Positions 13,088-24,714 of a stretch of 64,000 nt of DNA are shown one piece after another. Numbering within the stretch: the stretch's first letter is position 1; each line of letters begins with the position of its first letter. The notes beneath the pieces were generated by a model, which saw only the letters and a list, made by a program, of their open reading frames with translations, did not search any database and was not told the origin of the DNA. A program made the translations under genes and the position numbers. Source of the stretch: Phoronis australis (lineage: Eukaryota > Animalia > Phoronida); the NCBI GenBank assembly GCA_002633005.1, contig NMRA01000470.1, forward strand, positions 209,274 to 273,273, given 5' to 3'.

Positions 13088-14735
13088 ATTTGATCTTGGT
13101 CTTTTTACCAATTTCCCATTAACTGGGTCACGTGACCAGGCCCTTTTAGTAAAACTTAACAAAAAAAGAAAAGTACATTGAAAGCCAAACAAAAGTGGCA
13201 ATAACGTGATCAAATTTAATTTGAATTTCCCAAGAAGCTGCTACAGTTTTCTAAATTATCATTTTGCTTTCATTTCATGCAGTTTGTGAGTTTTTCCATG
13301 AAAATCATAAAGGTCGTTCATTTGATAAACCATACAAAAGTTGAACAATTTAAATACAGGTCGTAAAAGAGATTCGAAGAACAGTGCATAAAGCACTTAT
13401 CTGAAAGTTTCATATGAATCCAATCAGCCATAATGTTCTTAAGTTCGACAGATTTGGCCATTTTTTGAGGATCCTACACAACGGAGTTTATGTCATGAAA
13501 TCCGTGAAATTCATGATATTTATGTTACTTAGTATGTGAGTTTGGCAATATTATTGATATTATTAATTTGCTAGCAAATTGTTTGTGTTTATAGTAACTT
13601 GTTTTGGCTGTCAGCTGAGTCAGCAACTGACCCATTCGGTGCATCCACACATGTTTTGATGATGTCTGTAGTAAACAAGATTGCGTAATGGTCATTCACA
13701 GAATCATTGCCTTGAGACAGCTGACCATTACCACATATGACAAACACAACAGAATAGTTCAGATAATTGTTGTGAAAGTTCTTAGAGTTGCTTCCTGTTA
13801 TTTCCTGTATAATCTTGAATCATGAACTTTAGTGCATGCAACCCACATATTTGTAACTTGTATATAAATCCGTCCACTTGTCTAATAAAGACAGTTCTCA
13901 TCTTGCTACTGTCAGTTGCTTCACTAGTGTAATTGAGTGTTCCACACTTAGTTACTGCATACAAACATCTCACTGACTGACCGAGACAGTCCACACAAAC
14001 ACAACGCTGCTACTAAGTCGAGTTATTCTACTATTCTACTACAGTTTAACTTTACCCACTGATGAATAAAACGTGTCACGATATGCTTCTGCTTGTAAAA
14101 GAGGAAAAGAAGAATTTTAACCTGTTTAGCTGATTAAAAAACGAAAACCGAATTGGACCTCTTCCTCTGATACATTCTTAAAGACAGCGTAAAATGAGCC
14201 AACTGCCCTTTAGGTATGTTAAATACATGTGCTTTTGTGCAACGCATCTTTGTTTCATTTATTAATGCAGCAAAATATCTGTGCAAGTCGGTGTGTTGCG
14301 ATGTTGCAACTTAAATGTACGTGGACCAAAAGATTTCAAAATATATTAGACAAACTTTAACAGAAGTTTCCAAGACTCTGCCAAATTTGGATAAATTTCT
14401 TTTCAGAATAATTTGTCGCTGTTTTTGTCATATTTGAATGTGCATTGTGTGTAGTCGCTGATTGTTTGTTTGTTAATGGACTTACGCTGTAACTTGTCGT
14501 AAGTTCGACTACGCCTAAGGAGCAACACCTGTGTAGTTTTTGTTGAGATTTAGCTATGGTTCAATGGAGTGGATTCTATTCGAAAAGAAACATATATTTT
14601 ATTAGTCTTCACAAGGTACGTCTTTAGCCAGCTAAATACGGTAAACTGATAAATAAAATGTCTCGTTTTTTTATTATTATTGTCATGCTCATTATTTTTA
14701 TTATTTTTTTCAGTTTTTCTAGACTCTACCAGATC

Positions 14736-16721
14736 ATGGCAATCAGCTCCAAAGACGCGGACGACATTAGGTGTTTATTGAAATGCCCCATTTGTTTAGA
14801 GCGCCAGAACACACCTCGTCTGCTGCCTTGTATCCATTCATTCTGTCAGGGCTGCTTACAGACATTTATAGATAAGCGTGGGGGAAACGGCAAGTTCTTG
14901 TGTCCAAGATGCAAGTTAGAAATACGTATTCCTAAAGATGGCTCTGCTGGCTTTCCGTTCAACCATTTTATCGAAAACTTGAACGACTGCGTTCCCAAAA
15001 CGACCAATGTCTTTTGTTATGTATGCCATCTTAAGGAATCCGCAGTGGAGGCAGAATCCATGTGCATACAATGTGCCCATCACTTGTGTAAAACGTGTGC
15101 AGAGGCTCATTGCCTAACGGGAATGACTTTTACTCACAAAGTAGTCAGTTTGGATGAAGTCGCAGCTGGCAAGCATTTTGAGGCGATACGTGAACACCAA
15201 AGAGTGTGTTGCCCTCAGCATCCTGACAAAGCGCTTGAACTTTACTGTGAACGATGCAAAATACCCGTGTGCTTGTTGTGTAAAGCGCTGTATCACAATG
15301 ATCACGAGATGGGGAGCATTGAAGAGGCGTCAAAGAAAGCAATCGAGGAGCTCACAGGTTTGATGGAGCTCTGGATAGACGCAGTGGGTCATGCTGAGGC
15401 TTTGTCAAATGAACGAAAGAATATTCGCGAGGAACTGAACCAAGGACTTTTAGCACAAAAGCTCGAAGAACTTGGTAAAATTTTTGATGACTTCAAGAAG
15501 AGGGTTGATGATGCACTAGAGACTGGACGAAGTAAAGCAATCACTAAACTGAACGAACAGTTCCATTTGGCCCAAAAGCAAACCCAAGCAGCTTACGAAG
15601 AGGCTGAACACAGTCGACTGTCGCTGAAGAGTACATTAAGATACGCCAAGAAACTGGTTGAAAGAGCGCATCCTGCTGAAACAACTCAACAGAAAGCGGA
15701 CATGGCCGCTACTCTGGCATCGTTAGATATCAGCCAGCTACAACGTAATGTTGACAGGCCTGTTCTTAGCTTTTTACCATCTGAACTGCCTGTGCCTAAA
15801 GTGTCTGTTGATACTGGATCTACTGTAGAATCAAAACCAATCGATACAAAGGTGGCACAACTTCATCTTCCATTCAAATTTCCCGTTCACCATGACACCC
15901 CACAACCGGCTGTTAAAGAAAGCAAAGTCGATGTTCATAGATTCAACAGTCTTTGTGAGAGGCAAAGGGAGTCTGCGTGTTGGGGACTGGCAGTTTGTGA
16001 TGGGGGGTTTGTTGTAGCAGACTGGCAGAATAAACATGTTAAAATGTTTGACAAAGGTTTCTCGGGTGAACGAAAACTAACGTTTCAACGAGATCATCAC
16101 AAACTGCTTTCACAACGACCGGCCGACGTGGCATGTGCTGAGACTGGGGAGATATTCGTCAGTGATTGGGGTATTAACGGTATTGTGAGGTACAATGGTG
16201 ACGGTCGGCTTATAGACGTTTATTCAGGTGTGTTTAAAGACTGGGGATTTCTCACATGTCACAACGATCGACTTTTTGTGTCGGACACAGATGGTGGGCG
16301 AGTGATAATAAGTGACTTTGAGTGTACTACCATTGAAGTGCTGAATGGTAACGACCTGGGGCTGGGTATGTTCAGACCACGCTATGTGTGTGTAGATAAC
16401 TCTGACCACTTGATCGTCAGTGAGTGTGACCCCGGTCGTGTGCACGTAATTGACTATAAACGGCGGGTCGTTTTAACCACGCTTACCGATCAACTGGGTG
16501 CCAGGCCACATGGTGTGTGCGTGGATCAACACGGTCACATTCTCGTGGCAGATTACATCAATGATCGGGTGATTTTGTACGACAACTCATGTGCACACGT
16601 TATCGTGCCCCGTGGCAATGTTGTGGGTCCAACGGGTTTATGCCTTCCGGCTCCGGGTCAGGTGTCTGTCGTAGAGTATTTGACAGGTGTGGTGAAGACC
16701 TTTCAGTACTTGGAAGAATAA
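14736..16721 (+). CDS. TRIM-NHL E3 ubiquitin ligase (RING, B-box1, B-box2, coiled coil, NHL repeats; TRIM2/3/56/71-like), ~661 aa
   Basis: RING CPICLE..LPCIHSFCQGC..CPRC, B-box1 CYVC..CIQC..LCKTC..H, B-box2 CPQH..YCERC..VCLLC..H..H, NHL motifs PADVA, PRYVCVD, PHGVCVD, PTGLC. The ORF portion 14658-14735 is a pyrimidine tract with acceptors, so the true start is likely ATG 14736. Confidence 0.93.
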   Translation: MAISSKDADDIRCLLKCPICLERQNTPRLLPCIHSFCQGCLQTFIDKRGGNGKFLCPRCKLEIRIPKDGSAGFPFNHFIENLNDCVPKTTNVFCYVCHLKESAVEAESMCIQCAHHLCKTCAEAHCLTGMTFTHKVVSLDEVAAGKHFEAIREHQRVCCPQHPDKALELYCERCKIPVCLLCKALYHNDHEMGSIEEASKKAIEELTGLMELWIDAVGHAEALSNERKNIREELNQGLLAQKLEELGKIFDDFKKRVDDALETGRSKAITKLNEQFHLAQKQTQAAYEEAEHSRLSLKSTLRYAKKLVERAHPAETTQQKADMAATLASLDISQLQRNVDRPVLSFLPSELPVPKVSVDTGSTVESKPIDTKVAQLHLPFKFPVHHDTPQPAVKESKVDVHRFNSLCERQRESACWGLAVCDGGFVVADWQNKHVKMFDKGFSGERKLTFQRDHHKLLSQRPADVACAETGEIFVSDWGINGIVRYNGDGRLIDVYSGVFKDWGFLTCHNDRLFVSDTDGGRVIISDFECTTIEVLNGNDLGLGMFRPRYVCVDNSDHLIVSECDPGRVHVIDYKRRVVLTTLTDQLGARPHGVCVDQHGHILVADYINDRVILYDNSCAHVIVPRGNVVGPTGLCLPAPGQVSVVEYLTGVVKTFQYLEE

Positions 16722-18795
16722 CGTTGCACCGTTTTAAACAGCGACTAGTAGATGTAACTTGTCTATGGCATTTAATGAGTGTTATGCAACGTAGGCGTAT
16801 AATATATTTCGTCTGCTCTGTTTATTTAGTGTGGTTAAGCAAAACTACGGTATATTTTCAAGTCATGGAATGGGAAAAAAGTTGCTTTTAAATGATATAG
16901 AATGTATGATGGCAGTTTTATGGAATATTTTTAGGTAGAATGAGGGTAGTTCAGGACAAAACCGAAACTGAGATATTCTTTAAAAGTAGAATTTCAAAAC
17001 TGAACACTCTACAGGGATGCTGTTCACCTAGAATTAGGATCTTTTGCACTAGAGATAAGCAAATTTCGAGCCAGAAAATGGGTTATGCTGCCGCTTATTT
17101 TCTGTTTTTTGAAAATAGATTAATTTCATTGCACTATATTTTGACGGTTTTAATTATATATTGCCGGTAAGTTTCTTAGGTCTGCATATTAAGTTAACTG
17201 TTTTGGGGGGTTTGGGTACCTCAAAGTTTTACAGTTTGGCTACGACACAAAAACTTACATCGGCATTTTTGGTATTTTACATTGCTGCCCTCATGTTTTC
17301 TACGGTAGAAGAAAAAATTGTGAGGTTATCGACTAATTAGGTTTTTTAAGTATTTTGATCTGGCAATTTTAATTTGATAATTTCCATTTCATTCAAATGG
17401 GTTTAAATTTGAACATTTTCGTGTAATTCGCCAAATGAGTTTGGTGAAAATGACAAAATGATGAAATCAGAGTTCACGTATATTGTGTCATTATTGATGA
17501 AAAATGTATTCGCATAGGCACAGTTAAACACTGCTGGTCACAAAACAAGCAAAACCGAGAAAAGGGAGTAAAATAAGTGCTGGTTAACATTTCAATTACA
17601 AACATCTTGACCGTTTTGATGTTTGTGCTGTGAATTTTGATTTTAAACCTGAAAGAGCCCGTGAAGGATGGTGACATTTTGCCTACACAAAGGTTGATTA
17701 AGTAAGAATTCTGAGGCAAATATGAAGGAAGTGTAGAATAAAACCAGACGTCAATTCTGGATTAGTTTTTGTCGACTTTGACCAGAGATACTCAACCCAA
17801 ATTACAAGTAGTACCCAACATAAGGCCATGAGGTTCCGACTGTTGGAGTTTTAATATGTAACCCTAAATTGCTCAGTTTTCTCAATTACAATGCTCCAAT
17901 ATTTCTATAGTAAAAGAGAATCACGTTGATGTGATGAAAATTGGTTGAAAACAAGATTTTTATTAAGTTAAAAAGTATACCCACCTATCATTTAGTCATA
18001 CAAGTGGTTTTGTTCATTCAAAAATATCTTTATAGTGTTATTTTCTTTTTAAAAAAATATGAGTGTCACCTGGTGGTGCTACTTGAAACTACCACTCCAA
18101 GCATTTGAAGTTGTAACCAGAGATACATTATCAAACTAACAAGTATCGTTAGTTGATTTGATCACTCATTTACAAGTCTCCTATATATGTAATTGGTAAA
18201 CACTTCTTTTTCAGATAAAATGGACACTGCGATTCACTATTCTGTGCCTCAAGATCTTACATAAATTCTTTTAGAACATTCGAGCGCTTTCGTTACCTTA
18301 ATTTAACATCAACAGCACTTGTTAAATTCTGAACATTTTTAATTCAACAAATTCAACTGAAATCTCAACTTTATAGAGACAATTTTTTATACAGTTCTGT
18401 CATTTTTGTTGTAGAACATAACCCCCGATGGTCTTGAGAGCGAAATCTGAAATGTCAGGTGAACTCACTTTGTTCCGAGCCATTGCGCGGGGTTTAATGT
18501 ACTGGCAGGCCAATCAAGTGTTTAGGGTTTTTTGGCCACAATAAAAGGAAAATGATCAATTAAATTATGATTTTCAAGTTTAAAATTTTAAGAAAACTTT
18601 GGGCTTTTGGAACAGCCGCAATATTAGTTTATAGTGCAGAATAGATATTGTGAAAACTTTCTCCATATCTAAAATTATCTATGTCATCAATAAATTGGTT
18701 ATTGATAATGCCCGCAGAGAACAGATTAATTCTTTGATATCCAATTTTATTTGGCAAAATAAGACTCATAGAGCGAAGAGAAGTTCGGCGGTAAA

Positions 18796-19130
18796 CAGTG
18801 GCGGATTTAGGGGGGCGGTAAACAGTGGCGGATTTAGGGGGGCGCAAGGGGGCCATGCCCCCCTAAAATTCTCCCAGATACCATTTGGCGGTTTGGGGAG
18901 CAAATTGCTGACTGGCATATGCGCGCACCCAGGGGGGCTTGATAGGCGAATGCACATTGCATAAGCCTTGAACAAACCAGTTTACCGTTTTTTTTTAGTC
19001 ATAAGGTCCACAAAACCAAAAATTCGAGACCCTGCAGCCCTACATTTTAGGCTGGGCGCGCGCACGTGGCGAAATTTTGGTTATTCCTGTGCCCTGGCCC
19101 CCCTAACACAAAATCCTGGATCCGCCTCTA
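18796..19130. mobile_element. hAT-like MITE inserted in the L1 relic
   Basis: Ends CAGTGGCGGAT...ATCCGCCTCTA; TSD (g/a)gtaaa at 18790-18795 and 19131-19136; 27-bp tandem duplication at the left junction. Related ends occur at 1-28, ~38940-39010 and 47677. Confidence 0.75.
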
Positions 19131-19978
19131 AGTAAATACCCTTGCAAATGGTGGCTTGGCAGTATCAGATATAAACGTTACCTACAACTCATTGTTAGTA
19201 AAATGGGTTCAGCGTTATGTAGAATGAGAGAACAAATACTGGAAATGCTCTCCAAATTTCCTTTTCAAGAGGTATGGGTGTGCATTGCTTTTTAAATCAT
19301 TTTTTTTCTGCCAAGTCGTTGCCTTTGGATGAGACAACCAACTTTTATTGTGACTTTTTCAATGCATGGGAAAATGTTAGCGTTGTCTTACATAGCGAAA
19401 TTGATATTGTTGGTCAGGTAATATGGAACAACAGAAATATTTTGGTTGATGGCAAGTCTGTGTTTTTCAGTGGGTTCTACAAGGCTGGCATAGTTTATGT
19501 AAAAGATATATTAGATGTTCAAAACAAGTTTTTATCTTGGGAAGTTATGAAACAAAGATACAAATTGTCTAGTTTGTTACAGTACTATCCTTTCATGAAT
19601 GCACTTAAGTTATAGATCAAATTTGAGTCTAATACTGGAATAAAAACTTACAAAAATTAGCGACGTTGCGTCCGCATCTCCCGGACTTCAGCTTGGCTTG
19701 TGACGTTATCGTTATTCTAGCCAACTGGTGGCGTTTTGACCAGACGGCGCGGCATTGATGTCAGGACACCACCCCATACGTGTGACAAATCGACTCTTAA
19801 ACTGTCTTTTTCATTTAAAGGAGAATGCCACCCGATTTAATTAGTCTTTTTACCGTCTTAATCGGTCTATATCCACATAAGATCGTATACGGTCGATCTC
19901 ACCTCGCCGAGAGGTGTCACGTTAACCTGTAAGGAAGGTGAGAAACGACTCAGCGACGTCAGTGGTTCTTCTGCAGAG

Positions 19979-20275
19979 TGGTGTATCGTTCCCGCTTGTG
20001 CGAGCTATGAAGCTACAAGGAAAGCAAGTATATCGTGTTTTCGATTTTCTCAAGAGCGCACAATGCTTCGGAAGTGGTTCGCTGGAGTGAAGAATGAAAA
20101 GTACGCCGTAATACCAATATAAGTATAAGGACGTGAAACTTCTCTGGTGTCTGTGGCCGGCATTTCGACTACAGTGATTTCACTGACGATCGAATGCCGG
20201 CTTACCAAACAGCCCATGCCAGGGCATAAAAAGAGACTGAGGATGAAGTCAGATGTTGTGCCTAGTGTGTTTGCG
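19979..20275 (+). pseudogene. THAP zinc-finger N-terminus of the Kolobok transposase (degraded)
   Basis: WCIVPAC..FRF..RKW....VCGRHF..SDF..RLRMKSDVVPSVF is the C2CH THAP signature with the AVP(T/S)-type box; frameshifted. Confidence 0.8.
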
Positions 20276-20398
20276 TTCGGTAGGTAGGAGACAAAACAAC
20301 GCGGATCGGTTGTTGCTCAATTTTTGATAATGGAGAATTGTAGGTGGCCATGGAAACATGAAAAAATAACGTTTTATATAACCTGTTTGATGACTTAC

Positions 20399-20818
20399 TC
20401 GTTCGTTAGGCTTCTGTTTGGACCTCTGGGTGTAGGATGTTTTCTCCAGTTGTTTTCCCAGTCCCATAAACGTCGTAAGCAGACTTCTGTTTAGATGCGG
20501 TGCAAAATCAGGATGGTCCGTGAGACACAGCTAAGCTTCTCCAAGAAGGCGTTTCACTTGCGGAATTTCGTGGCAACAAACGCAAGCGTCAGTTGTTTCC
20601 ATTTTCGTGCAGTTAGTACACTGACACCGTGACAAATCATTCAGACGGTTTTCGGAACTATCCATATGTTCCGTTGTCTGTGCACGTTCACGGCGCCTCT
20701 CTTGTATTTCTTGATCAGTGAATTCCAGTTCGAACTGATAGCTTGTGAAACCTAACGATCGACCTGTGAAGTCTTCGTCGCTTGAGCACTCGTCTAAGTC
20801 CGGATTGCGAGTTGCCAC
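20399..20818 (-). pseudogene. KolX / P2X7 C-terminal 'ballast'-like cysteine-rich protein stub
   Basis: SYQFE..NRL....CQCTNCTKMETTDACVCCHEI, then after a frameshift CLTDHPDF..LN; ends at a gtaagt donor; convergent with the THAP stub. Confidence 0.75.
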
Positions 20819-23800
20819 GGTTGACGTTTATTATTGCACGTTCTGTTTCAAAATGAATTATTCTCACCCTAACCAATGCTGAAACAAAGATGTAATAAAC
20901 TAATTGACCGGGCACCTCCATACCGTGAATAATACGCTTACAAGGAAGTCACGCATTTTTAAAGATACGCGGTAATTTTCACCGCTCCTTCTGAGCGGCT
21001 TGTACCAGGATCAAAGAGAGCGCAAGAGAGCGCGGCGCCGGAATCAGATACAATTGTGATGACCGCATTGCCCGATGCGAGCAAGACCCGATTAAATGTA
21101 ATTATCCGGCCATAAACTGTATTAAACATCTCTGACTGTACCTAATGGCGAATTTTCAAAATGCATTAACCATTAATTTTCGTTATAAACGAACACCACG
21201 GCGGTATTCAGCAGGAAAAAAGCAACTATATACGGTTTTCGATTTTAAAAAATCGATGAACTAATAATCTAAAAACTACAACTATTGGGTACGATTGAAG
21301 ATAAACTACCGCGCGTATTGATATACTCGGTGGATATACAAACGCTGATCAGAGTTAACAATATCACATGGATTCATTTTTTTAATATTCTTTCAATCTC
21401 GTTTAACCAGATTTTTGACCAAGAAACAGTTGTTGTGCCCACTTTTCATTTTTTATTACTGACAAAGAGCTAGAATAGTTATATAGTCAGTGCCACCGAA
21501 ATTGTCCAGAGATTCCAAATCTTCAGTTTGGATGTCACCATATTTGCACTTTTGTATATATTGTATGATTTGAGTTCTAATAAAGATTGAATTAACTTTA
21601 ATGACACGTGAAATGTTTAGTGTACCTGTAATGTGGTAAGTTTAGGGATGGGCTCACAATGAACTTAACTAATTAAGTTTAGCTGGCTATCAAAATCTAC
21701 CACTGTTTTGGTACTTCAAGTTCAAAACTTAGATAAAAAGTTATCAACCCGTTCCCGGTAAAAAGACAAGTGGGCAGAAGCATTAAAAAATAAATAAAGA
21801 AGCATTAAAAAATAAATAAAGAAAACCAATATGAAACTCATCGTTCCTTTGGGAAGTGGCCCTTTGTGAAGATAAACACAAGTTAACCTTTTTAGTTATT
21901 TTGTAATTTTTATAATGTGCCAAGTCAAAACTACTCTCTAGAGTTGCAGGCTATAATTATCTTTCCACTTCATTAGCTCAGATCTCCATCAATACAAAGG
22001 GCGTGCTGAATAGGCATCCTACAAGTTGTCTGGGGTTTAGGGAATTAGAGCGGTCACCAGTGTAAGCCAGAAATTCTCCACATGTGAGCGCATGCTAATT
22101 GAGTGTTTGCTGACAGAAAGCTGCTGTGACACAATATCTCGATTGTATATCATATGGTCAGATGTTAGGGGAATCTTTATTTAAATATTCATACACATTA
22201 TTCGAATCATTGTTACTGTGCAACTTTTGTCCTGGCGGTTTTGCTGTGGAAGGATAACCTGACTTCGCGGCCCCCGACGAGCTAGTAAGTAGATTTGCAG
22301 TTTCGCGTCTAATTCACCAAAATAATCACGTGCACATTATTTCTTTGGCTCACTAGTATAGTCTTTTCGTGACTGGGAGTTAAGTTGCTAACTTTGGCTG
22401 GATTATGTTCGTGGTGTCTTCAGGCCGGCCGCGACGGGTCTGATCGGGTTCCGAGACACTGGCCGGGATAACAATCGTTTTTGTGTGTTTAGAACTGAAA
22501 AAATCGCAAGTCTAAAATCACAACACACAGCTATGTTCTCCTGTCTGTATTTCATGGACGAATAATTCGAATTTATCACCGAACAGGGCCCACAAACTCC
22601 CGCGACCGACCATGGTAAATTGGCCTATCGAACTTTGTAGGCTACGGTACGTTCCACTACCTAAAAATCCGTAACAGCGAAATAAAACAACACATTTGTT
22701 CAATAACTCGATGTATTTGTAAGGGTTTTACATTGATTTTTGTTGAATTATTGGTGTAAAACGATAAATTCAACCGATAAGCTGACACCAGTAATCGTGT
22801 TGTGAACTGCTGAACAGACTGCTTTCGAAGCTCTGACGTCAGTGGTTAATTTCAACACCTCCGTCTGCAGTCATGTGTCAGGTAAAAGAACCGTACTTTC
22901 TGTTATCGAGTGGAACTACTCGATCTAAATTGATACAAAGTATATTGTTTTTGGGGTAACATTCTCCTTTAAAGGGGGACTCTCGATGCGCTCATGGTTC
23001 AGAAGGGGCGTAAAGGAAGCTCTCCAGAATAGAATGAACACTTCAAAGACAAATTTAATGGACGACTTCCAGTACAGCCAGATTAATGCACAATCAAATA
23101 AAAATTACTTTTTATATCAAACGATTTCACAACCTGGCCAGGTTGCATAAAAGTTATACGCAACAATGACGTCGCATTATCACGCCTCACGTTTTTATTG
23201 TTGAACAATGCACCTGATGTCATGCAACAATCAAACTTATCCAGCGGATAATATTTGAAGCTTTATGCAAACCAACCCTGATATAGAACACAGATTAAGT
23301 GAAATTAATTCAGAACAACAAATTGGGAAGCTTTATGCGTTGCCATTCAGACTTGTACTCCTTCCCACTGTTAAAGCTTATAAATATTATTTTGTCCACA
23401 GAAAAGTTTACACAAGGTATCTATTGAAAAAGATAAAAATTATAAGAGATGATAGTTGTTTGTCCTGTTATTGCTGTTGAAACTTTTGATCGTTTGTTTT
23501 GTGATTGTTCACTTGTACAGGCGCTGTGGTCGAAAGTTCAAGCTTTGTTAAGTAATATAACAAAACAAACCAATGATTTAGTAAAGACTAAGTTAAACAT
23601 TTTACACGCATATTTTGGACCTACTTTTAAAGATATTATTACTGTACTAACTTTAGGCCAGTACTTTATATTTCAATCATGTTTGGACCAAAGCAAGCCT
23701 ACGTTTGAAAAAAAAATTATATTCCACGTATCATTACATCAAAGTTAGATAAAAGCAGTTCATCCTGAATTTCACCTTTTGGGAAGTCCTTTGTATATTC

Positions 23801-24714
23801 TTAGACATATAGATTATTACATGGCAAAGTCGTCATCCTCCGTTATCTAGAGCCCGAGTGGATTTTGGAGAATTGTCTCCCCAGTTTTCCCTACTGAATA
23901 ACGGGCATCAAACTGGTTCTCAAAATGCGGGCACGTTATGTCAGACTATTACCTTGTTTTCTACCTTTTTGCGGAGTTTTTGTTTCTCTGAGGTCGACTC
24001 TCTTGGCCACTTCGCCAAATGGGACCTCCCGAGCCCCCCCCCCCTCTAGTTGTGCGAATGGCATACAGTCTCTCATCTTAACCAGTAATTGTTTGAAACA
24101 ACAACACATGAAAATAAGATGCGGCTTGAACAGATTGACAACAAATTGACTAGTGCTTCGTTTGTATGTACACCTATCATCAGATGAACTCCCGCCGCTT
24201 TGTTACGGTACATTTGTTGCATAAAAATGTCAGGCTTATTTGAAAATGAGACTGGAAAAGAATGCAATGACAGCATATGACTTTGTTATGAACTCTTTTT
24301 TCTTTATACAGCGGTAAGTTCGTACGTGCAAAGTAGGTCTAGGTCTTTCAACTTCGGCCCAACATAAACCAAAAAGTTATACCGGCCAACTGCTGGACAC
24401 AAACAGAATTGCACCTTGTCTGTGTCTCGTGGCCGCTTGTGGTGATTTGAGTTAGTGTTCTTGAGTCTCGCCAGCATAAAAGTATGGCTTTGGTGTGTAG
24501 TTCTCCTCATTAGCGTTTGGTTGTGTATTTGACTCGGGCCGCCTGTTGTATTATTCTAATGAAGATAGTACAGTAGTAAGTTCTATTGCTGTCGTCTGCG
24601 CATTATACTTCGTCCAGTGGTTTTCTGAATTCACATACTAAATGCAAGCGGGTGCACGCAAACATGCTGGCGCATTTTCTAAAAAAGGAGTCCAGTGAAC
24701 TGAAACTCTACAGT

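Larger units (their letters stand above)
19819..22968 (+). mobile_element. Internally deleted Kolobok DNA transposon, copy 1
   Basis: TTAA TSD (19815-19818, 22969-22972); 15-bp TIR AGGAGAATGCCACCC / GGGTAACATTCTCCT; carries THAP and KolX-like stubs. Confidence 0.85.
18480..23760 (+). mobile_element. Tx1/L1-clade non-LTR retrotransposon relic (ORF2 C-terminal half), split by later insertions
   Basis: Degraded frames ..FIWQNK.., ..GGLAVSDI..LLVKWVQR.., IWNNRNILVDGKSVF..GIVYVKDI (18480-19650), then YKYYFVHRKVYT..C..C..ETFDRLFCDC (zf-RVT-like; 23265-23750). Confidence 0.8.

Noticed and set aside
14658-14735. Hydrophobic signal-peptide-like N-terminus on the TRIM ORF
   Set aside because: It is a translated intronic T-rich tract ending in splice acceptors; TRIM proteins are intracellular.
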